A stretch of 64,000 nucleotides of DNA from Methylophilaceae bacterium (GCA_041612255.1 JBFJJN010000009.1:33640-97639), one strand, 5' to 3'. Shown: positions 19,074 through 27,790, counted from the first letter of the stretch. Notes: a model not told the origin generated them from the sequence alone. Numbers and translations are program-made.

Positions 19074-19814
19074 TTATTTGCATGCTTTTCCAAAAGCACT
19101 AAATAATGCAATGGACTGATTATTTTCAGTGGCTTTCCACTCAGGGTGCCATTGCACCGCTAACGCAAAGTTTTTTGCAGTTGAGACAGCAATCGCCTCC
19201 ACTAAGCCATCAGGTGCTGTTGCCTCAATAGTCAAATGATTACCGAGCTGGTCGATGCCCTGACCGTGAACTGAGTTTACCGTGATTTCATCAGCATACG
19301 CAAATAATTGCTGTAATAAGCCATTTTTGGTGAGCTTGACTTGATGGGCAGGACCATATTGATTATCTAAACTACCTGGTTTTTCTCTGTGATCCATCAT
19401 GTTAGCTTGCTCGTGAACAGCTTGATGCAAGGTGCCACCCATCGCTACGTTGAGTTCTTGAAAGCCTCTACAAACACCGAGTAAAGGTTTGCCTGCGTTA
19501 AGCACGGCATCAATAAGTGGAAAGTTTGTTGCATCACGCGACTTATCTAATAATGTGTCTGGATTAATTAAAGGCTGCCCATAGCGTTGCGGCTCTACAT
19601 TAGAAACTGCACCCGTTAAGAACAAACCATCAATTACTGACAAAATATTAGCAATATCTTGTCGACTGCCAATGGCGGGGAGCAAAATAGGCGTACATTC
19701 AGCGACATTGACAATAGCATCAATATATTTAGTGCCAACCACGTTAAATGAATGTTCTCCTAATTGTTTAACATCGGCTGGTATGCCGATAATAGGGCGC
19801 TTTCGCTGATTCAT
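19074..19814 (-). CDS. Class I glutamine amidotransferase / peptidase C26, gamma-glutamyl-GABA hydrolase (PuuD)-like
   Basis: 246 aa. The nucleophile elbow GVCRGFQ, the VNSVHGQ block and the HPE triad motif (QWHPEW). Confidence 0.72.
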   Translation of the reverse strand: MNQRKRPIIGIPADVKQLGEHSFNVVGTKYIDAIVNVAECTPILLPAIGSRQDIANILSVIDGLFLTGAVSNVEPQRYGQPLINPDTLLDKSRDATNFPLIDAVLNAGKPLLGVCRGFQELNVAMGGTLHQAVHEQANMMDHREKPGSLDNQYGPAHQVKLTKNGLLQQLFAYADEITVNSVHGQGIDQLGNHLTIEATAPDGLVEAIAVSTAKNFALAVQWHPEWKATENNQSIALFSAFGKACK

Positions 19815-20193
19815 GTTGACTCTCTAGACATGTTAAATAGTTAATCAATCATAAACCAATGCTGCAATATTAGTAATAGTGTCTTAATCTGCATTAAGCC
19901 CATTTTTCAGATGTGTCTCTTCATCTATTACATTTATTAGAGCTAAGGTCTAAGTGCGCGCATCGGATACTGTTTGTCACCAAAGCCTATGTGCAACCTT
20001 ACATTATGTTCAATCAATACTGGACGACAGTCGAGGGTTAACAAAGAAACACCATTTGGCTTAAGGTCAATGCAATACCCATGATTCTTTATCTTGTTAT
20101 GCTGAATAAGCATAATTGATCAGCGCTATGACCTTATGAAAATAAGCTTGCAGAAATGTAAGAGAAAGCAGCCCAAAACTAAAAAATAGAACG

Positions 20194-21771
20194 TTAATTT
20201 TTTCTGATAGCCAATACCGCTTGATTGCGTAATGTCTTGAGTAAACTGAGGCTTTTAGATTTTTCATCAAAGCCATTAGTGGTTTGCATGTCGGCATAAA
20301 AGCAGCCAACCGCTTTTTTATTAATCATGACTGGCAGTAGTAAAAAGCTTTTTGCAGTGGATATTTTTTTGTACCAATCAGGAATTTTAGATGAAATTGG
20401 ATTGGCTTGTGTGTCAACAATCACAATATCAATGCCTTTGTCGACGGAAAGATGAAAAACATCTGGCGCATAATCCAGAGGAAATTTAAAAGCGGGCAAT
20501 ACGGCTTGTATATCACTACCATAGCCAGAGCGTGCCTGCATCATATTAGTTTTGCCGTCACGAATAAACAATAGTGCCCGATGGCAATGCAAACCGCGGT
20601 ACATGGTTTCTAAGATGATTTGCATAACCTCATTCACATTATATTCACCCACAAGAGAGTCAATGACATCTTGGATACCTGCTTGCAAAATACTTTCACC
20701 GTCTATTTTTTCATCCGCTGTGGTCGATTCATTTGCTTTTTCAGGTGGCGGACTTTTAGTTAACGTGCTATCGGTTGTCTCTTCAGCTTCACTGTTTGCA
20801 TCAATCGGCTTTTCCTGTTTTTTAGTCGGAAGCGTTTCATTGGTATAGTCAGCCACACGTTTCAACCAAACTGTCTTTTTAGAAACTAAATTAAGTATAT
20901 TGGCGTGCGTAGCGATTTCGGTTAACCCTTGATCTAACGCCTTTTGTAACATTGAGGCATCAATACGAATGGATTTTTTATATTTATTAACCAAATCCTG
21001 AGTTGTTTTATATTTTTCTGCCACACTGGTATTTGCAGCAACAGTCGTTAATTCAACTGCTAAATTCGTCGTTATTCTCAGTTGGTCGATATCGTTTTTC
21101 ACCTCTATTACTTTATCGTTAGTAAAAGCTTGCATGCCGTGAATTAAACGATCAGGCAATTGCCAACTTTTAGCAACTGCAACACCGAATGCATCGTAAG
21201 AAACGCCAAGCACTTTTTGAGACGCTTTAGTTTCAGACATGCCGCTATTTATTAATGCATTGACTTGCTGACACTCATCATAAAAGTAAAAGAGTGACAA
21301 CAGGCGACCTAGGTGATGAAAAATGCCACAAATCATAGCCTCTTCATAATTACGTGCTTGTAAGTTAATCGTTAATTGACGGGCGATAAGGCCAATAAAA
21401 TAAGTCGAAAGTACTTGGTCGCCTATTTGTTCAGCTTGCGATTTGTTTTGGATGAAATTAAGTAGCACCAGAGTGGTTGCGATATTCCTGACAACATCAA
21501 AACCGAGAATGACAACGGCTTTGGAAATGGTACTAATCCTGCCTCCAAACTGACCATAAGAAACGGTGTTGACCACTTTTAACAAATTATTAGTCAGCGA
21601 AAAATCTTCTAATATCGTATTGGTTAAGTGTTGAATAGACGAGGTGTCAGAGCTCACCACGTTGTTAATTTGAATAATAGTGGTCGATAGCGCAGGAAAA
21701 TCAGCACTATTTTGCAAGTATTGCAAACGGGATTCTAAATCCGTCAAATTGTGTATCTCTTCATCAGGCAT
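20194..21771 (-). CDS. HDOD domain - GAF domain signalling protein
   Basis: 525 aa. N-terminal HDOD signature (FPALSTTIIQIN...ILEDFSLTNNLLKVVNTVSYG...ISKAVVILGFDVVRNI...GIFHHLG), an acidic Ser/Thr-rich linker, and a C-terminal GAF-like fold. Confidence 0.7.
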   Translation of the reverse strand: MPDEEIHNLTDLESRLQYLQNSADFPALSTTIIQINNVVSSDTSSIQHLTNTILEDFSLTNNLLKVVNTVSYGQFGGRISTISKAVVILGFDVVRNIATTLVLLNFIQNKSQAEQIGDQVLSTYFIGLIARQLTINLQARNYEEAMICGIFHHLGRLLSLFYFYDECQQVNALINSGMSETKASQKVLGVSYDAFGVAVAKSWQLPDRLIHGMQAFTNDKVIEVKNDIDQLRITTNLAVELTTVAANTSVAEKYKTTQDLVNKYKKSIRIDASMLQKALDQGLTEIATHANILNLVSKKTVWLKRVADYTNETLPTKKQEKPIDANSEAEETTDSTLTKSPPPEKANESTTADEKIDGESILQAGIQDVIDSLVGEYNVNEVMQIILETMYRGLHCHRALLFIRDGKTNMMQARSGYGSDIQAVLPAFKFPLDYAPDVFHLSVDKGIDIVIVDTQANPISSKIPDWYKKISTAKSFLLLPVMINKKAVGCFYADMQTTNGFDEKSKSLSLLKTLRNQAVLAIRKN

Positions 21772-22101
21772 TGTTGTCGGCTTATTCTTATTATGTATAG
21801 CAGACAGTATGAATCAGCAGACCTATGAGATATCGAATAATTAGGCGCAATAAAAGACCTTAGTTTAGATTTAATACACGATTTGATTTCAGTTTTAGAT
21901 GACTCATCGTTTAATTTGCTTAACTAAGCGGTCTAATCATCATACGATTTCATGGTAATCGTTGTAAGTATCCGCCTACATTAAAATCAGAATATGGCGC
22001 GCATTCCTCACTTTTGTAATTGGGTACTATTCTATTGTGTTTCAGACTGTTGTAGTATCTGAATGCAAATCATCTATTAACGTAACTGAGAGGAAATAAA
22101 A

Positions 22102-22311
22102 ATGAACGCAAAAAAAACATCACTATTTATTATTCTATTAACACTGGCACTTGGCTTAGCGGCTTGTAGTCAAGATGGACCTGCAGAAAATGCGGGCGAA
22201 AAAATTGACAATGCGGCAGAAGATTTAGGGGATTCAATGGAAGATGCAACTGATGATGCAGGTGATGCGCTAGAAGAAGCTGGCGATGCAGTGGAAGATG
22301 CTACTAACTAA
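22102..22311 (+). CDS. Small acidic lipoprotein (hypothetical)
   Basis: 69 aa with a signal peptide and lipobox LGLAAC. The mature part is acidic repeats (AEDLGDSMEDATDDAGDALEEAGDAVEDATN). AGAGGA RBS upstream and a terminator downstream. Confidence 0.6.
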   Translation: MNAKKTSLFIILLTLALGLAACSQDGPAENAGEKIDNAAEDLGDSMEDATDDAGDALEEAGDAVEDATN

Positions 22312-22344
22312 ATCACCATCAGATAAATAAGTTAGCATAACCAA

Positions 22345-22383
22345 CAAAAAAGCAGCGCTTAGTCAGTAAGCGCTGCTTTTTTA
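22345..22383. terminator. Bidirectional rho-independent terminator
   Basis: A-run, stem agcagcgctt / aagcgctgct with a 7-nt loop, then a T-run. Lies between convergent genes. Confidence 0.8.
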
Positions 22384-22414
22384 TTAGCTAGAGAAATATT
22401 GATTGATCGCGAGA

Positions 22415-22792
22415 TTAAGCTCTTTTTGCTTCATTTTCAATGGTAAGAATCGCTTCTTCAAACTGCATGGATTTGTCAAAAAAGTATTGAATGCCAAAGT
22501 TTTTAGCCAACTGTTTATAATAAGCATTGTCATGATTAGTGAGCATTACTGCTGTGGGCGCTTTGTAGAGATAGTCAGGTTGTTGTGTATGTTTAACGAC
22601 TTCAAAGCCATTGCCTTTGGCCAGCTCAATATCAACAATCATCATATCGAATTGTTTTTTATCGAGTAAATCAATCGCATCTTGCTGTGTTTCAGCAAAC
22701 TCTTCTACGAAAATATTCTCGCAACCACTTAACATTTCCTTTATTGATTCGCGCAATATAGGCGAATCCTCTACTAATAACACTTGCATCAT
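22415..22792 (-). CDS. Stand-alone response-regulator receiver protein
   Basis: 125-aa REC fold (LLVEDSP...MMIVDIEL). No output domain. Confidence 0.75.
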   Translation of the reverse strand: MMQVLLVEDSPILRESIKEMLSGCENIFVEEFAETQQDAIDLLDKKQFDMMIVDIELAKGNGFEVVKHTQQPDYLYKAPTAVMLTNHDNAYYKQLAKNFGIQYFFDKSMQFEEAILTIENEAKRA

Positions 22793-22879
22793 ATTTATCT
22801 CATTTCAATATCAACCGCACATTAACTTTACCTCATCATTTTGTCTGTCAGGCTAATTCCTACAAAACAGCCTTCATGG

Positions 22880-23512
22880 TTAATCTAATAGCGCATGTTT
22901 AATAGCATAGTAAGTTAAGTCAGCGTTGGTTTTTAAACACATTTTTTCCATTATTCTGGACCGATAAGTACTAACAGTTTTAATACTTATATTCAGTTGT
23001 TCAGCAATTTCTGTTGGACTAAGACCGCTAGCAAGTTTAAAAAACACTTGAAACTCACGTTCAGAAAGCATTTCATGTAGCTGTTTGTCGGACGGGTGAC
23101 TTAGTTCGTTTGTCATTAGCTCTGCTAATTCAGCAGAGATGTATTTTTTGCCAGAGGCAATTTTTTTGATGGCTTTGATGATTTCATCAGACTCTGCATT
23201 TTTGGATAAATAGCCATGACAGCCGCTACGCATTAAGTTAAGTGCATATTGCTCTTCAGCATAACCACTTAATACCAAAACGGGTAGATCGGGCGCAATG
23301 TGCTTTAAATCATGCAAAGTATCAATGCCATTTTTATCTGGCATTGATATATCTAAGACAACCACATCGTAGGTGTTATTACGGATAAGTGATAAGGCCT
23401 CAGTTCCCGAGGCCGCCTCGCCAGCAACTTCAATGTCGCTTTCAAGATTAATTAAATTCTTTAGACCGTCACGTACAATTTTATGGTCATCTACTAGCAA
23501 TATTTTTTTCAT
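22880..23512 (-). CDS. NarL/LuxR-family response regulator
   Basis: 210 aa. REC (ILLVDDH...VVVLDISMPDKNG...LVLSG) plus a LuxR-type HTH (LSEREFQVFKLASGLSPTEIAEQLNISIKTVSTYRSRIMEK). Confidence 0.9.
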   Translation of the reverse strand: MKKILLVDDHKIVRDGLKNLINLESDIEVAGEAASGTEALSLIRNNTYDVVVLDISMPDKNGIDTLHDLKHIAPDLPVLVLSGYAEEQYALNLMRSGCHGYLSKNAESDEIIKAIKKIASGKKYISAELAELMTNELSHPSDKQLHEMLSEREFQVFFKLASGLSPTEIAEQLNISIKTVSTYRSRIMEKMCLKTNADLTYYAIKHALLD

Positions 23513-23567
23513 TGAAGCATTCTATCTAATGTATTGCGTGATTATATAAGAAGTCATTCTTCTCGAT

Positions 23568-24005
23568 TTATTTATCAGCGCTTTCATCAGCACCGTGTCT
23601 AAAAGCATGCCAATCGTGCGCAATCAATCTTGTTGACTCATCTGCAAATGGTTTGTTTTTCCATTGTTTTGTGGTTCTGATCAATAACACAGCTGAAATA
23701 ATTAACGGTAATAAAATTAATGCAGCGAGTATTAGTTCGCGATTGGGCTGTTCAGCGATAGCTGAAAACAGCCAGAATAGTGCAATAAGGCCACTAAAAA
23801 CAGCCGCGAAAAAAATACCTAAATAAATAAAGAAACTGTTCACCGCCCTTTGTAAATCGGACTGCAAAGTATACTTAATAAATATAGCTCGGCTTTCTAC
23901 ATAGTCGGCAGCACTCTCTTTGATATTACCCAAAGAGCTTGTTTTGCTAGAGATGCGATTATTAAGATAGTAAAGCACTAAATATTTAAGTATTTTTGCA
24001 AACAT
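23568..24005 (-). CDS. YqjE-like (phage-holin-family/DUF1469-type) membrane protein
   Basis: 145 aa. An amphipathic N-terminus, two TM helices and a charged tail resemble E. coli YqjE, and it sits directly after a YqjD-like gene. Assigned from memory of the family, not a search. Confidence 0.45.
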   Translation of the reverse strand: MFAKILKYLVLYYLNNRISSKTSSLGNIKESAADYVESRAIFIKYTLQSDLQRAVNSFFIYLGIFFAAVFSGLIALFWLFSAIAEQPNRELILAALILLPLIISAVLLIRTTKQWKNKPFADESTRLIAHDWHAFRHGADESADK

Positions 24006-24083
24006 GGTGAACAGTCTCCCTTATCATTATTATGAGTTAATTTATTTTGGCTTTGTTTGATTAAGGCCTAGCTTAATTACAGC

Positions 24084-24500
24084 TTAGTTTGATGATTGCT
24101 TAGATCCTAAGATGTAGCCAAGCAATAAGCCTGTACCAGCTGCCAGCGCTAACGTGCCTACTGGATGATTCTTAACTGATTCAACCGCACGTTCTTTACC
24201 AACACCGTAAGCATGACTGATTTCATCGCCCACTACCTGTTTAAGTGCTGTTGCTCGTTCTAAAATTTGCTCTTTCATGTTGTTTCCTTTCGTTGTGTTT
24301 GCATGGTTATTAATTAAATCCCTAAGGCCGTTAATGAGTGCTTCTGCCTTGTCTTCTGTTTGATTTGCTGTTTTATCAACTACACTATTAGCTTTGTTAG
24401 CAGATGATTTTAATTCGCGAGAAGCTTTGTTCAGGCCGCTTTTAGCTTCTTCAGCAAGCGTATTAGTTGTTTCTTGAATTGTGTCTTTAGTGTTTAGCAT
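24084..24500 (-). CDS. ElaB/YqjD/DUF883-family membrane-anchored stress protein
   Basis: 138 aa. Hydrophilic helical body with a C-terminal anchor NHPVGTLALAAGTGLLLGYILGSK, matching the family pattern ENPW.G.G.GAA.G..LG.LL. Confidence 0.62.
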   Translation of the reverse strand: MLNTKDTIQETTNTLAEEAKSGLNKASRELKSSANKANSVVDKTANQTEDKAEALINGLRDLINNHANTTKGNNMKEQILERATALKQVVGDEISHAYGVGKERAVESVKNHPVGTLALAAGTGLLLGYILGSKQSSN

Positions 24501-24561
24501 GGTTAGCTCCTTTTTAGGTTAGTTAAAAGTTTCTGTAAAAATCATTTAGTTTTTAAACCAT

Positions 24562-24717
24562 TTACTTTCTAGATTTTAAGAAAGAAATAATGGTGAGTAT
24601 TAAAAATACAAAAAAAAGTATTTTTGCAATACCGGCTGAACCTGCTGCTATTCCGCCGAAGCCAAGTGCAGCAGCAATTAACGCAATAACAAAAAATACA
24701 ACGGTGTAATATAGCAT
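24562..24717 (-). CDS. UPF0391/DUF1328 small membrane protein (YtjA-like)
   Basis: Below the ORF-track size cut-off, so translated by me: [51 protein letters not shown] (51 aa). The [10 protein letters not shown] core is the hallmark of the family. Confidence 0.7.
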   Translation of the reverse strand: MLYYTVVFFVIALIAAALGFGGIAAGSAGIAKILFFVFLILTIISFLKSRK

Positions 24718-24946
24718 TCGGTTTCCCCTTACTTGTTTATGAATATTTTTATTCGATGAAGCAATTGTAGCTAGTGAAGGGTTAAAGATAAGTAAGGCAT
24801 TCCTTATTTAAATGTAAGATAATACTTACACCGCTTGATTCAGGTATCAGCGGCAACTCTTAATATAGCTTTTGTTATTAAAGAGGATAATCACTTTTGG
24901 TAACAACAATACAACAACTTATTTGAGTGAAGGATCTAGTTTCAAC

Positions 24947-26368
24947 ATGCGAGATTTTTTTGATAAGCTCGACGCTGCGTTTGAGCGTATTTCATTGCGG
25001 TTTGGAAGTAAAAACATCTTATTGCTAGCCATGGCTTTGTTGGTTGCCATGTTAACTATCATTGTGAGTGACTACTGGATTAATAAAATTCAGAAGCAAA
25101 ATGCGCAAATATTGATCCTTAGAACCAATATTATTGAAGTGAATCAATTGAAAGAAAATGTGTTTAGGGCAGAAAGTGCGCAACGTGCCTACTTGATTAC
25201 AATGGATGAGAGTTTCGCATTGCCGTTTGACTATGCAATTGATAGTGCGAGAAAAAATATCGATGCGGTACAAACGAGCATTAGTCATGTGCTCAGTGGC
25301 GATGTGCAAATGAAAGCACTCGATGTCGTTCGAGATATGTCATCCTCATTAGAAGCTAAAACGGCAGAAATGACATTAACACTCAATTTGGCTAAAAATG
25401 GAAAGTTAAAAGAAGCGCAATCAATTGTTAAATTGGGTGATGGGCTGGATGAAGCGGAAAAGCTGGTAGCACTCAGCGAAGGATTTATTAACACCGAAGC
25501 ACAATTGGTCACTATTCTTGAAAAAAGTCGAAAACAGACCATCTTATACACGCGAATTGCCATTGTCTTTGGCTCAATTATTCTTATCTCTCTGGTTGTC
25601 TTGGTCATTAGTCAGCAATTAAAGGAGTTGTCTATTCGTGGTGAACTGCATGACAAGTTGACGGCTGAAAATGAGCGATATGAAAATGAAATTAAAAAGC
25701 AAAGAAAACTTTTATATTCGATGGCGCTTGACCACCAAACGGATGCTGAGCGAGAAAGGCAAAAGCTAGCCAGAGAGTTACATGATGAACTTGGGTCTAT
25801 TTTGACAGCGGCAAAAATGGATATTGCATGGACCATGAAAAAAGTCAGTGAACAATTTCCTGATGTGGCAGATAAACTCAAAAAGACGAATAAATATTTA
25901 GACCAAGGTATCGAGTTTAAAAGACAAATGGTGCAAGATCTTCATCCGTCTATGATTGCATCATTCGGATTTTGGCCTGCCATTCAAAACTTTATTCAAG
26001 AGGCTGCTGCCAGAAATCAATGGAAGCTCAACCTTGAATTACCTAGTGGCGAGCCACAGCTGAATGAAACTATTAGTTTGATTGCCTATCGCGTTATACA
26101 AGAAAGTTTAAATAATGCGAGCAAGTATGCAAAGGCGACCAATGTGTCTGTATATCTAATGCAGGATGAAAAATATTTAAAAATTGAAATTGTTGATGAT
26201 GGAGTGGGCGCGGATTTAGAGTCGGTTGGTGAAACTACGCATGGACTTTCTGGTATGCGCCATCGCGTATTGGCAATTGGCGGACATTTTGATATTGCCA
26301 GCAAATCTGGTCATGGTATGTCTACGCAGGCGCTGCTGCCATTAGATATTAGTAAGTATGATTATTAG
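24947..26368 (+). CDS. CHASE3-domain sensor histidine kinase (HisKA_3/NarX-type)
   Basis: TM helix, CHASE3-like periplasmic region (RAESAQRAYLITMDESF), second TM helix, coiled coil, H-box ARELHDELGS and HATPase_c (N, G1, G2 boxes). The track ORF opens at TTG 24872. ATG 24947 after AAGGA is preferred. Divergent from the regulator operon. Confidence 0.85.
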   Translation: MRDFFDKLDAAFERISLRFGSKNILLLAMALLVAMLTIIVSDYWINKIQKQNAQILILRTNIIEVNQLKENVFRAESAQRAYLITMDESFALPFDYAIDSARKNIDAVQTSISHVLSGDVQMKALDVVRDMSSSLEAKTAEMTLTLNLAKNGKLKEAQSIVKLGDGLDEAEKLVALSEGFINTEAQLVTILEKSRKQTILYTRIAIVFGSIILISLVVLVISQQLKELSIRGELHDKLTAENERYENEIKKQRKLLYSMALDHQTDAERERQKLARELHDELGSILTAAKMDIAWTMKKVSEQFPDVADKLKKTNKYLDQGIEFKRQMVQDLHPSMIASFGFWPAIQNFIQEAAARNQWKLNLELPSGEPQLNETISLIAYRVIQESLNNASKYAKATNVSVYLMQDEKYLKIEIVDDGVGADLESVGETTHGLSGMRHRVLAIGGHFDIASKSGHGMSTQALLPLDISKYDY

Positions 26369-26518
26369 CTTTCATGATTGCTAGTATTGTCAGCATCTTC
26401 TGACAAAAGAATCAGCAGAAATATGACTTTAACCTCACCGTAATTTTCCTATGATGTGTTTCATCAAAGCAAGACAGAAACGCTTACTTTGTTACTTATA
26501 TCAATTTAGGAGAATTAC

Positions 26519-27031
26519 ATGAAACAGTTAAAACAAAATTCAGCAGTAGTCGTTGCTTGCATCATCGCAATTGGATCAACCAGTGCAATGGCGTTTGATA
26601 CCGATAACGTTAAAAATGAACAGACACCTTTAGCGAGTGAGTTTGTGAGTCTTGATGTTTCTGCAAACGGTGAATTAACTGCAAAAGAAGCGTCTACCGA
26701 TAAACTATTTACTTACAACCATTTTGTTAAGGCGGATGTGGATAAAAATGGCACGCTTAATCAAAATGAGTATGTCACTTATAAATCAGCACAGCAGCAA
26801 AAAACAGTTGCGCGCGTCATTGATGACAGCGTGATTACAACTAAAGCGAAAGCAGAGTTACTCGCAGAGAAAGATCTAAAAAGCGTGCAAATTAGTGTGG
26901 AAACACACAAAGGTAACGTTATCTTAAGTGGTTTTGTCGACAATTTGGCAACAAAGAAAAAAGCGGAGCAGGTTGTTGCCAAAATCGAAGGCGTAAAATC
27001 AGTTAAAAATGGTTTAGTTGTTAAAGGCTAA
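26519..27031 (+). CDS. Periplasmic EF-hand pair + BON domain protein
   Basis: 170 aa. Signal peptide (..STSAMA), two canonical EF-hand loops DVSANGELTAKE and DVDKNGTLNQNE, and a C-terminal BON domain (VQISVETHKGNVILSGFVDNLATKKKAEQVVAKIEGVKSVKNGLVV). Confidence 0.75.
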   Translation: MKQLKQNSAVVVACIIAIGSTSAMAFDTDNVKNEQTPLASEFVSLDVSANGELTAKEASTDKLFTYNHFVKADVDKNGTLNQNEYVTYKSAQQQKTVARVIDDSVITTKAKAELLAEKDLKSVQISVETHKGNVILSGFVDNLATKKKAEQVVAKIEGVKSVKNGLVVKG

Positions 27032-27068
27032 ACTATGCTTCACCTCTAAAGTTTTACTTAAAGTTTAA

Positions 27069-27102
27069 AGCCATATGCACAAAAATGCGTATGGCTTTTT
27101 TT
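27069..27102 (+). terminator. Rho-independent terminator
   Basis: agccatatgc / gcgtatggct stem followed by T7. Confidence 0.75.
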
Positions 27103-27221
27103 ATTATTTACATACTTTGTAATCTTATTCTTACAACAATATCAGCGAACCACCGACTATTTAGATTGCATCAATTGCGTAGAATAGCAATTGTAGGTTC
27201 AATTCAGATTATTAAGAGGGA

Positions 27222-27710
27222 ATGAAAATCATGAAAAGCTATTTAATTAATTTAACAATATTAGCAGCAGCAATGGGTGTCAGTGCTTCATACGTATCAG
27301 CAGAGGGAGAAACATATTCTAACGACTGGCAGAGTCCAATCGTTAAAGAGTTTAATCAATTAGATACTTCTGGTAATGGTTTGCTTTTACGCAATGAAGC
27401 GTCGAAAAATAAGGCTTTTACTAGTAAAACGTTTGATCAAGCTGATCTTAACAAAGACAATTATATCGATGTTGATGAGTACATTTATTTTAAAACAGGT
27501 AGTCGTCCAACTATCCAAGATAAAATTAATCCAACAGTTCAAAATCAAGTTGAGCCGATGCAAGTAGAGCCAATGACGGAAGAACAAGTTGAGCCTACAA
27601 TGGAAGATCAGGTTGTGCCAATGATGGAAGATGTAATGGAAATGGATAACGATAGCGTTTCTATGTTATATGATGGTAGTGAAAGACCTCAAAAGAAACT
27701 CTATATTTAA
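27222..27710 (+). CDS. Periplasmic EF-hand pair protein with a Met/Glu/Pro-rich repeat tail
   Basis: 162 aa. Signal peptide, EF loops DTSGNGLLLRNE and DLNKDNYIDVDE. The N-domain is paralogous to 26519..27031. Tail is VEPMQVEPMTEEQVEPTMEDQVVPMMEDVMEMD. The start could be ATG 27231. Confidence 0.7.
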   Translation: MKIMKSYLINLTILAAAMGVSASYVSAEGETYSNDWQSPIVKEFNQLDTSGNGLLLRNEASKNKAFTSKTFDQADLNKDNYIDVDEYIYFKTGSRPTIQDKINPTVQNQVEPMQVEPMTEEQVEPTMEDQVVPMMEDVMEMDNDSVSMLYDGSERPQKKLYI

Positions 27711-27757
27711 CTTATAAGTTGCAAGCTAATCAGCTTATATGATTTAGCAGTGTATTT

Positions 27758-27790
27758 AAAAGGCTTACAGTCAATCTGTAAGCCTTTTAA
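27758..27790 (+). terminator. Rho-independent terminator
   Basis: aaaggcttacag / ctgtaagccttt stem with a 5-nt loop and a short T-run. Confidence 0.6.

Noticed and set aside
20097-20309. 70-aa minus-strand ORF overlapping the 3' end of the HDOD-GAF gene
   Set aside because: 116 nt of it overlap the longer gene out of frame. It has no RBS and its composition looks like translated AT-rich spacer.
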